DNA of 64,000 nucleotides from an uncultured delta proteobacterium (GTDB lineage: Bacteria; Desulfobacterota; Binatia; UBA9968). The stretch is taken from positions 416,001 to 480,000 of the forward strand of contig CAWFJP010000029.1 in assembly GCA_963816145.1 (NCBI GenBank), read 5' to 3'. Under the pieces are notes generated by a model. That model did not search any database. It had not been told where the DNA came from and was given only the letters and a program-made list of their open reading frames with translations. Made by a program: the position numbers and the translations under genes. Shown piece by piece: positions 51,894-62,639 of the stretch (the stretch's first letter is position 1; the number at the start of each line of letters is the position of its first letter).

Positions 51894-51943
51894 AAAAAAA
51901 CAAAAGCCCGTTACGCGCATCGGGTCGACACGCGTAACGGGCT
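51894..51943 (-). terminator. Intrinsic terminator after groEL
   Basis: 13-bp stem agcccgttacgcg/cgcgtaacgggct followed by a T-rich tract on the minus strand. Confidence 0.8.
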
Positions 51944-51962
51944 GGGGCAATTTAAACCAAAG

Positions 51963-53642
<1,680 letters not shown>

Positions 53643-53654
53643 TTATCTGCTTAA

Positions 53655-53945
53655 TTACTTTTCGATAACGCCGAGGATATCGTCCTCGCGCATGATCAGA
53701 TGCTCTTCGCCATCAACGTTGATTTCTGTGCCGGAGTATTTTCCGAACAGGATGAGGTCATTCACTTTGACATCGAGCGGGGTAATCTTGCCGTCGTCGT
53801 TCAGCTTACCTTTTCCGACGGCGACCACTTTCCCTTCCTGCGGCTTTTCTTTAGCCGTGTCGGGAATAATGATTCCGCCCTTACTTTTTTCCTCCTCCTC
53901 GATGCGTTTGACGATGACCCGGTCCTGCAAAGGCCTAATTTTCAC
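53655..53945 (-). CDS. groS: Co-chaperonin GroES
   Basis: [21 protein letters not shown]; GGAGG RBS. Confidence 0.98.
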   Translation of the reverse strand: MKIRPLQDRVIVKRIEEEEKSKGGIIIPDTAKEKPQEGKVVAVGKGKLNDDGKITPLDVKVNDLILFGKYSGTEINVDGEEHLIMREDDILGVIEK

Positions 53946-54133
53946 TTCGCGCCTCCTTTCAAGCGTTTGAATTTAACTGACTGATTTTAAAGTAGTTTGC
54001 TGCTAATCGGAACCGCCGGCGCGGAGCCAGGGACAAACTAGAGCAGGCTGAAGTTAAGCATCAATGCGCTGATGTCAAGGTTTTTGTCGGCAAATTTCTC
54101 ATAGAAATCGAGTGGCTTCGGCCGATTGGTGGT

Positions 54134-54409
54134 CTATCGGCGATGCTTGCGGGACTCTTCTTCGTAATACTTGCGGTAGAGCACATCCCATTCGCGGCTG
54201 CCCGGCGGTATTTGCCGGGATAGCGTCGCAATCTTCTGGCGTACCGCGTCGTCGAGCTGGTCTTCAAAATGGAAAAATTCCTGGAGAATTTGTTTGGTCT
54301 CGGAGAGCGAGCGGCCATCGGCAGGGAATTCGGCTAACTTTGACTTGGTCAGACTCTCAAGCACCAGATGAGCTAAGTGGGATACGCGGCTCTCCGAAAG
54401 CCGGCTCAT
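54134..54409 (-). CDS. DUF507 family protein
   Basis: RLSESRVSHLAH...VRQKI...PGSREWDVLYRKYYEEE. Confidence 0.7.
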   Translation of the reverse strand: MSRLSESRVSHLAHLVLESLTKSKLAEFPADGRSLSETKQILQEFFHFEDQLDDAVRQKIATLSRQIPPGSREWDVLYRKYYEEESRKHRR

Positions 54410-54681
54410 AGGATGAAGCCTTTCTTGGCCGCGAGTTTCTGCTTGGCCAGCAAAAACATCTTAAAAGGGTCCATGTCTCTGCTGACTTGGGCATAACTGG
54501 CGAGCATTTTGCGCGCCTCTTCCTCAATCGCTTCCTCCTCGGCAAAGTTGCGGTTGATGGCCTCCACGACTTTAGCCTTGAGCTCGGCGTCGCTGGCTTT
54601 GCTGACAATCAAATCCTTTTTCCGATAGGCAGCCACGAGCTGGGATGCCAATCGATCAAGCTGTTCGGGTTTGATCTTCAT
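54406..54681 (-). CDS. DUF507 family protein
   Basis: EEEAIEEEARKML...MFLLAKQKLAAKKGFIL; ATGA overlap with the next gene. Confidence 0.7.
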   Translation of the reverse strand: MKIKPEQLDRLASQLVAAYRKKDLIVSKASDAELKAKVVEAINRNFAEEEAIEEEARKMLASYAQVSRDMDPFKMFLLAKQKLAAKKGFIL

Positions 54682-54685
54682 GAAT

Positions 54686-54973
54686 TGTGAATAAGTCTGT
54701 GAACAACTCGCCGATCATCTGTGCTTAAGTTTTTCTCCGATGCTCTGTTTACGGTTCTATCCAGCTTATGAATTGAAGTCAATTACCATGGATTGACCGC
54801 TTCAGCCCCCGTTAGAAACGTTTAATTTCTTGTACATAGGAAGTTTTTTTGAGAAGATCATTGGGATAATGGTATTGCTGTCGAACTCGCCGCAAAGTTA
54901 TCCACAGCAGCAAATTGATTGTGCTGCGGTCGGAAGCTGCCGGGTTGTGGAGAAGTCCCATGGCTGTGCATAA
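54686..54973. promoter_or_regulatory. DnaA-box cluster with AT-rich core (oriC candidate)
   Basis: TTATCCACA 54898; TGTGAATAA 54686; TGTGCATAA 54965; near-matches TGTGAACAA 54698, TGTGCTTAA 54720, TGTGGAGAA 54946; AT-rich stretch ~54812-54870. Confidence 0.65.
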
Positions 54974-55868
54974 ACCTTCGGCGCTCTTTCCCGGCGCGCG
55001 CATCGGTGTCATCGCGCCGGCTGGGCGCGTTGATCGCGTTTCGCTCTTGGCTGGGGTCGCAGCGATCGAGGCCCAAGGCTATGCGGTGGAACTTGCCCAG
55101 GGAGTTTTCCTGGCCAACGGGTATCTTGCCGGCGACGCCGCCGGCCGGGCAGGCGATTTAACCAACTTCTTTCGCCGGGACGATATTGCAGCGATCTTTT
55201 GTGCGCGCGGCGGGTTCGGGTCAATTCAAATGCTCGGTTTCTTGAGCGACGGGTTGAAGAAACATCCCAAGATATTTGTCGGTTACAGCGATATTACGAT
55301 ACTGCTCGAGTGGCTGCGTACTCGCTGCGGCATGGTGACTTTTCATGGGCCGATGGTGGCGATGGACTTGGCGCACGGCTTATCTGATCGGAGCGGCGAT
55401 CACTTTTGGGGCATGTTGAGCGGCCGTAGTCGAGCCTGGAAACTGCCGTTGGGGGAGGTCATTCGCAACGGCCGGGTCGAAGCAGAGATGACCGGAGGCT
55501 GTTTGTCAATGCTTGTCACCACGCTAGGAACGGCCTACGAGATCGACACCCGTGGTCGAATTCTCCTTCTTGAGGATGTCGGCGAACGGCCCTATCGCGT
55601 CGAACGCATGCTAACCCACTTGAAGATGGCCGGTAAGCTTGACCATCCGGCTGGTGTAGTGTTTGGTGATTTCACCGATTGCGAGGGCGAGGGGCCGCGC
55701 GATGTCCGCGCGGTGGTCCGCGATTTGTTTGCTCGAGCGCCCTATCCGGTGGTGATGGGGCTACCGGCCGGCCACGGTGAGGAGAACTTGGCACTGCCCT
55801 TTGGCGTCAAGATGCGTTTGGACGGCGACGGTGCGACATTGGAAATGTTGGAGTCGCCTGTTTTGTAG
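54960..55868 (+). CDS. ldcA: LD-carboxypeptidase (peptidase S66)
   Basis: CARGGFG, FVGYSDIT, TFHGPM, LEDVGE, GHG. Confidence 0.9.
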   Translation: MAVHKPSALFPGARIGVIAPAGRVDRVSLLAGVAAIEAQGYAVELAQGVFLANGYLAGDAAGRAGDLTNFFRRDDIAAIFCARGGFGSIQMLGFLSDGLKKHPKIFVGYSDITILLEWLRTRCGMVTFHGPMVAMDLAHGLSDRSGDHFWGMLSGRSRAWKLPLGEVIRNGRVEAEMTGGCLSMLVTTLGTAYEIDTRGRILLLEDVGERPYRVERMLTHLKMAGKLDHPAGVVFGDFTDCEGEGPRDVRAVVRDLFARAPYPVVMGLPAGHGEENLALPFGVKMRLDGDGATLEMLESPVL

Positions 55869-55934
55869 GGTGCTTCGCCAACGACGACGCGGCGCGAACC
55901 AGCGCTCGCGGCATACTTGGACAATCTAAAATTT

Positions 55935-57068
55935 ATGGCCATGGATTTTCAACCGGTCGAGAACGCTTTCAATGAGGCGGTCGCTCAAGGCGTCTTTCCC
56001 GGTGCGGTGGTGCTGGTGTGCAAGGACGAGCAGATCGTTTTCGAGAAAGCGTTTGGCTATCGCTCGTTGTTGCCACAAAAGAATCCGATGCAGTCCGATA
56101 CGATCTTCGATCTCGCATCGTTGACTAAACCGATGGCGACTACCGTGGCGATCATGCTGCTGGTGAACGAAAAGAAGTTGCGCACCGACGATAAGCTGAC
56201 CCGTATCATCCCCATGTTTGGGGTGTTCGGCAAGAGTATGACGACTTTTCGCCACCTGCTCAGCCACTCATCCGGGTTGGCGGCGTGGAGGCCCTATTAC
56301 GAAGAGATCATTAAAAGTGAAAAGGCCGGGCGGATCAATTTTGTCGTCAGCCGCGCGGCGAAAAGCTATGTCCTGGAGCAAATCCACCGCGACAAACCGT
56401 TGAGCTCTCCGGGCACTCAGGCGCTCTATAGCGATCTCGGGTTCATGGTGTTGGCGGAAGCCGTCGAGACCGTATCGAGCAGCGGTTTGGACCGCTTCTG
56501 CCAGGAGCGCATCTTTAAACCCCTCGGACTGCGCTCAACCGGCTTCGTCGATCTTACCGAGTTGCGCAAACGACGGCTGCAACCGGTCGAAGAGATGATC
56601 GCGCCCACCGAGAACTGTCCGTGGCGTAAAAAAATACTCTGCGGTGAAGTGCATGATGACAACGCCTATGCCATGGGCGGTGTGTGCGGCCATGCCGGAC
56701 TGTTTTCGTCAGCGCGTGACGTGCATACTTTTCTATTGCGTATGAACCGCTGTCTGGAAGGCAAGGATGATTTCTTGCCGCAAGCGGTGTTGCAGGAATT
56801 CTTAACCAAAGATAGCTCGGTGCCGAACTCGACCTATGCGCTGGGCTGGGACACGCCGTCACCGGTCAATTCATCGAGCGGCACGCTATTTTCGCCCCGT
56901 TCCGTCGGCCATCTCGGTTTCACCGGCTGTTCGATGTGGTGGGATATTGAAAAGAATTGTCACGTCATCTTGTTGACCAATCGAGTGCACCCAAGCCGCA
57001 AGAATGAAAAGATTCGCGACTTCCGTCCCCATGTGCACGACCTGATTATGAAAGCGCTTTTTCCATGA
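55935..57068 (+). CDS. Beta-lactamase-family serine hydrolase (AmiE/YbbE-like)
   Basis: FDLASLTK (SxxK), YSDLG, GEVHDDNA, GHAGLFS, GHLGFTG, LTNRVHP. Confidence 0.85.
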   Translation: MAMDFQPVENAFNEAVAQGVFPGAVVLVCKDEQIVFEKAFGYRSLLPQKNPMQSDTIFDLASLTKPMATTVAIMLLVNEKKLRTDDKLTRIIPMFGVFGKSMTTFRHLLSHSSGLAAWRPYYEEIIKSEKAGRINFVVSRAAKSYVLEQIHRDKPLSSPGTQALYSDLGFMVLAEAVETVSSSGLDRFCQERIFKPLGLRSTGFVDLTELRKRRLQPVEEMIAPTENCPWRKKILCGEVHDDNAYAMGGVCGHAGLFSSARDVHTFLLRMNRCLEGKDDFLPQAVLQEFLTKDSSVPNSTYALGWDTPSPVNSSSGTLFSPRSVGHLGFTGCSMWWDIEKNCHVILLTNRVHPSRKNEKIRDFRPHVHDLIMKALFP

Positions 57069-58480
57069 ACGACTTGCCGGCAGCGGGAAGCCATATTCAT
57101 TTAACCGCGATCTGCGGCGTTGGCATGGCCTCTCTGGCGGGGCTATTGAAGGCGCGCGGCTATCGCATCACCGGATCGGATCAAAACATTTATCCGCCGA
57201 TGAGCACTTATTTGGCCGACATCGGCATTCATGTCCTCGGCGGCTTTCGCGGCGAACATCTGCTGCCGCGACCCGATCTCGTGGTCATCGGCAACGCGGT
57301 GTCGCGCGACAATCCCGAAGCCGAAGCGGTGTTGGCCCAAGCTATTGAATATATTTCCTTTCCCCAGGCGCTGGGCCGCTTTCTCATCGGCGCGCGCAGC
57401 TCGCTGGTGGTCGCCGGCACCCATGGAAAGACGACGACAAGCGCGTTGGCCGCCTGGGTGCTTACGAGCGTCGGACTCGATCCTGGCTTCTTTGTCGGCG
57501 GCGTGCCGCTCAATTTTGGCAGTGGTTGGAATGCCGGCACCGGCGAGCATGTTGTGCTCGAAGGCGATGAGTATGACACCGCCTTTTTCGACAAAGGACC
57601 AAAGTTTCTGCACTACCGTCCGAAGCATGTCATCTTGACCAGCGTCGAGTTCGACCACGCCGATATATACCGCGATCTCGCTCATGTGAAGAGCGCTTTT
57701 GCCAAGCTCGTCGATATTGTTCCCGCAGATGGTTCGCTGGTCGTGTGCAGCGACTATCCCGAGGCGGTTGCGGTAGCGCGCGCCGTCAAGGCTCCATCGA
57801 CCACTTACGGTGAGTCCGGCGATTGGACCGCCACGAATATCAAATTCGACCAAGGGCGAAGTCTCTTTGAACCCTGTTTCAAGGGCCGATCGGAGGGGCT
57901 GGTCGAGGCAGCGGTCATTGGCCGGCACAATGTCAAAAACGCCTTGTCGGTTTATATCATGGGCCGAAACTTGGGGATCGCTCACGACCGACTGCTCGAC
58001 GGCTTTGGCACTTTTAAAGGGGTCAAACGGCGCCAAGAAGTGCGCGGTGAAAAACACGGCGTCTTGGTGATGGACGACTTCGCGCATCATCCAACCGCGG
58101 TGCGCGAAACCATCGATGCGGTCCGCGCCGCTTATGCGGGTCGCAGGCTTTGGGCGATTTTCGAACCGCGCAGCAATACCAGCAAACGCAATGTTTTCGA
58201 AAAAGAATTCGCCGCGGCGCTGGCGTTGGCCGACAAGACCGTTGTCGCCGGTGTTTACCAACCTGAGAAAGTCCCCGAAGGCCAGCGCTTGTCGGTCGAC
58301 GGGCTGGTCGATGAGATCAATCGAGTTGGCGGCGCTGGGCGGGCGCTGACCATCGCCGACTCGGCTGCAATCGCCGATTATGTGGCGCGCAATAGCCGGG
58401 CTGGGGACGTGCTACTAGTGATGTCCAACGGCGGTTTTGACGGTGTCCACGACAAGATTCTGCAGGCTCTAACCGGCTAA
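57065..58480 (+). CDS. mpl: UDP-MurNAc:tripeptide ligase Mpl
   Basis: ICGVGM, GSDQNIYPPMS, AGTHGKTTT, EGDEYDTAFFDK, DDFAHHPTA, FEPRSNT, MSNGGF. Confidence 0.93.
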   Translation: MNDLPAAGSHIHLTAICGVGMASLAGLLKARGYRITGSDQNIYPPMSTYLADIGIHVLGGFRGEHLLPRPDLVVIGNAVSRDNPEAEAVLAQAIEYISFPQALGRFLIGARSSLVVAGTHGKTTTSALAAWVLTSVGLDPGFFVGGVPLNFGSGWNAGTGEHVVLEGDEYDTAFFDKGPKFLHYRPKHVILTSVEFDHADIYRDLAHVKSAFAKLVDIVPADGSLVVCSDYPEAVAVARAVKAPSTTYGESGDWTATNIKFDQGRSLFEPCFKGRSEGLVEAAVIGRHNVKNALSVYIMGRNLGIAHDRLLDGFGTFKGVKRRQEVRGEKHGVLVMDDFAHHPTAVRETIDAVRAAYAGRRLWAIFEPRSNTSKRNVFEKEFAAALALADKTVVAGVYQPEKVPEGQRLSVDGLVDEINRVGGAGRALTIADSAAIADYVARNSRAGDVLLVMSNGGFDGVHDKILQALTG

Positions 58481-58696
58481 ATAGCGCTGGGCGCACTCTT
58501 CGCTGCAAAAATACTTTCCGTAGCGCGTCACAGCTTCTGATTTCGGCACATAGGTTTGGCATTGGGGATCGAGCACCATTTGTTCGCCGAGTTGCGCTGG
58601 ATCCGCCGGCTTTTGGCCGCCGCGCAGCAGCGGCTTCAATGCCGAGTAGACGATGTAAATGATGATGAAAAGAAAAACTAAGCGGAGCAGAGTCAT
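58469..58696 (-). CDS. Small membrane-anchored TRASH/YHS-like protein (PP0621-like)
   Basis: N-terminal TM, MVLDPQCQTYVP...YFCSEEC. Confidence 0.7.
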   Translation of the reverse strand: MTLLRLVFLFIIIYIVYSALKPLLRGGQKPADPAQLGEQMVLDPQCQTYVPKSEAVTRYGKYFCSEECAQRYLAG

Positions 58697-58728
58697 GTCG
58701 CTCCTAACTTGAGGGATGTGGAACTTCC

Positions 58729-59232
58729 TTAGACATGAAAGAGATGAATCTTCTTGTCGTCTTTGACGTTGATGAGGAGCTCTGAGATCGTGACCCCGAG
58801 TTCCGGGTGAATCACTTGCGGTGCGATCTCACTCAATGGGATTAGAACGAACTTACGCCTCGGCATTTCCGGATGGGGGATGCGCAGGTTTTTTTTCTTC
58901 ACCACGGCCAAATCGTAGAGCAAGATATCGAGGTCAATGATCCGCGCGCCCCAGCGTTTCTTGACCTTTTTGCGGCCCATGGCGCGCTCGATGTTTTTGA
59001 ATTTATCGAGCAGCACCTCCGGTTTGAACTTGGTCTCGATCTCGATGGCGCCATTGACGTACCAGTCTTTGGAATCGCCCAGCGGTTCGCTTTCATAGAG
59101 TGACGACTCTTTGATCACCCGCGTGTCGGGCAGTTTGCCGACGCGCTCCACGGCCTCGAAAAAGTTTTCCCGCTTGTTGCCCACATTGGACCCGATGCCG
59201 ATGTAGACTTGATGGGTGATGGCGTTAGCCAT
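58729..59232 (-). CDS. folK: 2-amino-4-hydroxy-6-hydroxymethyldihydropteridine diphosphokinase
   Basis: YIGIGSNVG, SSLYESEP, WGARIIDLDIL, PHP. Confidence 0.95.
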   Translation of the reverse strand: MANAITHQVYIGIGSNVGNKRENFFEAVERVGKLPDTRVIKESSLYESEPLGDSKDWYVNGAIEIETKFKPEVLLDKFKNIERAMGRKKVKKRWGARIIDLDILLYDLAVVKKKNLRIPHPEMPRRKFVLIPLSEIAPQVIHPELGVTISELLINVKDDKKIHLFHV

Positions 59233-59255
59233 GGTGCCGTTTGGGAAAGGGCGTG

Positions 59256-60428
59256 CTAAAGCTTGACGCGGCGAATCCTTTCCGCAACCTCCCGCAGTCG
59301 TTCTTTGTCGACACAGACGGTAAAGCGGACATAGCCTTCCCCGGCTTCACCGAATCCATTACCCGGAGTGGTGACTACCCCGGCTTCGTCGAGCAATTTG
59401 GTCGTAAAGTCGGCCGAGGATAGCCCTTTGGGACAACTCACCCAGACGTAGAATGTTGCCTTGGGTTTCTCGCATTCGAGACCGACGGCGCGCAGACCTT
59501 CGACCAAAATATCGCGCCGCTCTTGGTAAATTTTACGTGACGGTTCGACGATCTGATCGCCCAATCTAAGCGCTTCGATGCCGGCTTCCTGCACGGCCTG
59601 GAAGATGCCCGAATCGAGATTGGATTTTGCTTGCGCTAAGCCGCCGACTAGTTCCGGATTGCCCACAGCCATGCCGATGCGCCAGCCGGTCATGTTGAAG
59701 GTCTTTGACAGCGAATGAAATTCGATGCCCACCTCGCGGGCGCCGTCGACTTCGAGAAAGCTCATGGGGCGGTAGCCGTCGTAACCCATCTCGGTATAGG
59801 CGGCATCATGGCAGACGATGACGTTGTACTTGTTCGCGAAGGCCACGACACGCTGGTAAAAGTCTTTGTCCGCCACCGCGGCGGTGGGATTGTTCGGATA
59901 GTTGATCCACAGCAGCTTGGCTTGCTTGGCGATGTCCGCCGGGATCGCTTCAAGGTCCGGCAAAAAATGATTTTCTTTTTTCAATGGCAGAAAGTAATTC
60001 TTGCCGCCGTTGAAGGCGGTGCCGATATGGTAGACCGGATAACAAGGGCTCGACACCAGAACGACGTCGCCGGGATCGACGAATGCCACAGCCATGTTGC
60101 CGATGCCTTCTTTGGAGCCGATTAACGAGCAGACTTCTTTGCCAGGGTCCAGAGTCACGCCAAAACGGGATCTATACCAATTCGAAACCGCCTGGCGGAA
60201 CTCAGGCATCCCCGAGCTGTTCGGATAACGATGGTTGACCGGCCGACTGGCGCCTTCTAAGAGCTTCTCGACAACTGTTGAAGGCGTAGGGATATCGGGG
60301 TCGCCGATACCGAGATCGATAAGATCTACTCCCCGGCTCAGCGCTTCCCGTTTGCGCCGGTCGATTTCAGCGAAGAGGTAAGGGGGTAAGTCGTTGATTC
60401 GTTTAGCTTTTTTAATCGTGAGAGACAA
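59256..60428 (-). CDS. dapL: LL-diaminopimelate aminotransferase
   Basis: LPPYLFA, LGIGDPD, GSKEGI, NYPNNPT, HDAAY, FHSLSKTFNMTGWR. Confidence 0.8.
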   Translation of the reverse strand: MSLTIKKAKRINDLPPYLFAEIDRRKREALSRGVDLIDLGIGDPDIPTPSTVVEKLLEGASRPVNHRYPNSSGMPEFRQAVSNWYRSRFGVTLDPGKEVCSLIGSKEGIGNMAVAFVDPGDVVLVSSPCYPVYHIGTAFNGGKNYFLPLKKENHFLPDLEAIPADIAKQAKLLWINYPNNPTAAVADKDFYQRVVAFANKYNVIVCHDAAYTEMGYDGYRPMSFLEVDGAREVGIEFHSLSKTFNMTGWRIGMAVGNPELVGGLAQAKSNLDSGIFQAVQEAGIEALRLGDQIVEPSRKIYQERRDILVEGLRAVGLECEKPKATFYVWVSCPKGLSSADFTTKLLDEAGVVTTPGNGFGEAGEGYVRFTVCVDKERLREVAERIRRVKL

Positions 60429-60549
60429 TGCTCGCGGTCCTCCGTTAGAAAATCGACCTGGTTTTACCTGTTTTTTGCAGGTTTGACAACCGTCTGGACT
60501 ACCGGCGTTTTTTGCGATGCGTAGGAAAAATCGCTAGGATGAGTTGACT

Positions 60550-61047
60550 ATGGACCTCATCATCGACGGCTACAACCTGTTGGCGCTTGATCGGCGATTG
60601 GACCGCGGGTTGGAACAAAGCCGAAATTCACTTATCAATCATCTCGTGCGCTACCGCCAGGTAAAATCGCTGAATTTGACTGTGGTCTTCGATGGCTGGC
60701 GTTCTGGTTCAGCGACCGAAACCCGCCTTGCCCAGGATGGGATTAGTATCGTCTATTCACGCTTGGGTGAAAAAGCTGATGCCGTGGTTATCCGCTTGGC
60801 CCGTGAAAAGAGCAGCGGCGCGGTGGTCGTGTCGTCCGATCGAGAAATCCGCAACGCCGTCGAGCGCTTCGGCGCTGTGGCGATTCACGCCCAAGAATTT
60901 AATGATATCCTACAGGAGTTGGATTTCCCGGGCGGGGAAGACGGCTTTGACGATTGGCAAGATCGGCCATCGGATCGAACCAGGGCCAATCGTCTCTCAA
61001 AAGCGGACCGCAAGCGCCAGGACAAACTGCGCAAGCTGCGTCTCTAG
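60550..61047 (+). CDS. NYN domain protein (YacP/Rae1-like ribonuclease)
   Basis: IIDGYN, VVFDG, ADAV, VVSSDR. Confidence 0.8.
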   Translation: MDLIIDGYNLLALDRRLDRGLEQSRNSLINHLVRYRQVKSLNLTVVFDGWRSGSATETRLAQDGISIVYSRLGEKADAVVIRLAREKSSGAVVVSSDREIRNAVERFGAVAIHAQEFNDILQELDFPGGEDGFDDWQDRPSDRTRANRLSKADRKRQDKLRKLRL

Positions 61048-61061
61048 TCTAGCGGGAGAAA

Positions 61062-61733
61062 CTACTTGCTTTGCGGACGGTCGACCTTGTTCAATAAGCC
61101 GTTTTGAAATGTCAGTACCGACCCGTCCGGGTAGAGCCATTGTTCTTCAGCGCCTTTGATCGGTCCGCGCACTTTGATCACCCGGGTCGGTGGCCCGAGC
61201 ACGTTTTTTATTTCAACGGTATTCAGTCCCGGAATCGGTTGTTTTTTGATCGCCGCGTCCTTTATCGCCGGTGACCAGGGCTGCGCCTGGATCCACGCGA
61301 TACGTTTCTTGTCGGCTTCGGCGGCTTCAGCGGCTTTGCTTTTTTCTTCGGCCGCTGGATCGGCGGTGACGATGGTCAGATTGAGTGCTTCGAGAAATTG
61401 CTCCGGGCTGATGTAGCCTTCCTGGCCGTTCTCACGCTTGATTTTGTAGTACGGGTCTTTGGCGGCTTGTCCGACCAGCTCGATAATCTGAAAAGACTCA
61501 ACCGCGTCGACGCGAATGAGTTTGGCGTTAGGCGCCGGAGCGGCGCCAAAACTCGGCCCCTTGCCGTTCACCGGCTGACTCCAATATGTCTGTCCCACCC
61601 GACTCGCCAATGCTTCCAACTGCTTGGCGGTGTAGTGGTTCGACCCCCAAGCCGGACCGCCCAAGCCGAGTAGCAGCGACGTATATAGCGAGGCGGCGAA
61701 AGTCAGGCGGATTGTTGTTGTCGAGTGCTTCAT
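61062..61733 (-). CDS. Hypothetical exported protein
   Basis: Hydrophobic signal-like N-terminus; C-terminal LGPP...EQWLY motif. Confidence 0.6.
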   Translation of the reverse strand: MKHSTTTIRLTFAASLYTSLLLGLGGPAWGSNHYTAKQLEALASRVGQTYWSQPVNGKGPSFGAAPAPNAKLIRVDAVESFQIIELVGQAAKDPYYKIKRENGQEGYISPEQFLEALNLTIVTADPAAEEKSKAAEAAEADKKRIAWIQAQPWSPAIKDAAIKKQPIPGLNTVEIKNVLGPPTRVIKVRGPIKGAEEQWLYPDGSVLTFQNGLLNKVDRPQSK

Positions 61734-61891
61734 CGAATCGGTCGCTTCTCTGTTACTTTGACGACGCTGGGCGAAAAATCTTTGCTTTAAGAAATTTACC
61801 AGCTCTGGGCGGCGACGCAAGCCAAAACGAGGCCGCTATCATGACAAAGTGCAAGTTGGGCGAGGAATAATGCGGACATCTTTTGGTGGAG

Positions 61892-61920
61892 AAAATTAAA
61901 AGGGGGCCTAATGGCCCCCT
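61892..61920 (-). terminator. Intrinsic terminator after tRNA-Met
   Basis: 8-bp stem agggggcc/ggccccct with a 4-nt loop and a T-rich tail on the minus strand. Confidence 0.65.
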
Positions 61921-61931
61921 AAAAATATTTT

Positions 61932-62008
61932 TGGTTGCGGGGCCGGGATTTGAACCCGGGACCTCAAGGTTATGAGCCTTGCGAGCTGCCAGACTGCTCC
62001 ACCCCGCG
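61932..62008 (-). tRNA. Initiator tRNA-Met (CAT)
   Basis: CGCGGGGTGGAGCAGTCTGGCAGCTCGCAAGGCTCATAACCTTGAGGTCCCGGGTTCAAATCCCGGCCCCGCAACCA; C1:A72 mismatch, A11:U24 pair, encoded CCA. Confidence 0.95.
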
Positions 62009-62069
62009 ATAATCTGTCGAGTGATCTTTCTACCTTGCGCTTTTCGTGGAGTCAAGGTAGGGAAGCGGC

Positions 62070-62492
62070 ATGAGTGAGAATTCCCGCAATCCATTTCCGA
62101 CGGTCGACATTATTATTGAAATCGACGGCGGCATCGTGCTGATCGAGAGAAAAAATCCGCCGCCGGGATGGGCGATGCCAGGCGGATTCGTCGACTACGG
62201 CGAGAGTGTTGAGCGCGCGGCGGTGCGCGAAGCCAAGGAAGAAACCTGTTTAGATGTGAGGTTGGTCGAGCAGTTCTACACCTACTCCGATCCACAGCGC
62301 GATCCGCGCCATCACACTTTGGCGGTGGTGTTTATTGCGACGGCCCAGGGCACGCCGCGAGGCGCCGACGATGCGCGCGTGGCAAAGATCTTTTTCGAGA
62401 ATGGTTTGCCTGTGCCGATCGCTTTCGACCACGCGGAAATCCTGCGCGATTATTTTCACTTCAAGAAAACCGGCCAACGGCCAAAGCCGTAG
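62070..62492 (+). CDS. NUDIX hydrolase
   Basis: [23 protein letters not shown]; RDPR, AFDH. Confidence 0.92.
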   Translation: MSENSRNPFPTVDIIIEIDGGIVLIERKNPPPGWAMPGGFVDYGESVERAAVREAKEETCLDVRLVEQFYTYSDPQRDPRHHTLAVVFIATAQGTPRGADDARVAKIFFENGLPVPIAFDHAEILRDYFHFKKTGQRPKP

Positions 62493-62541
62493 TTCCTTGG
62501 CGGCAATGGCCTTGCGCTCTGCGCGGAAAGGAAAATCCATC

Positions 62542-62621
62542 TCACCACGAAGGCACGAAGAGCACGAAGGTTTCGGATAAACGATTTTCCCACCTACGTG
62601 CTCTTCGTGCCTTCGTGGTGA
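62542..62621. repeat. CACGAAG-type palindrome
   Basis: tcaccacgaaggcacgaagagcacgaagg ... cctacgtgctcttcgtgccttcgtggtga; between convergent genes. Confidence 0.85.
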
Positions 62622-62639
62622 AAACTCTGAATGTGGAAA

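Noticed and set aside
53946-54080. CIRCE element upstream of groES
   Set aside because: Only a partial half-site (tgctaa) is present, not the full TTAGCACTC-N9-GAGTGCTAA. A TTGACA at 54073-54078 (minus) has only a weak -10.
61860-62008. tRNA-Met as integration site of an island
   Set aside because: No duplicated tRNA 3' end or integrase noticed in the window; the tRNA is followed directly by a terminator.
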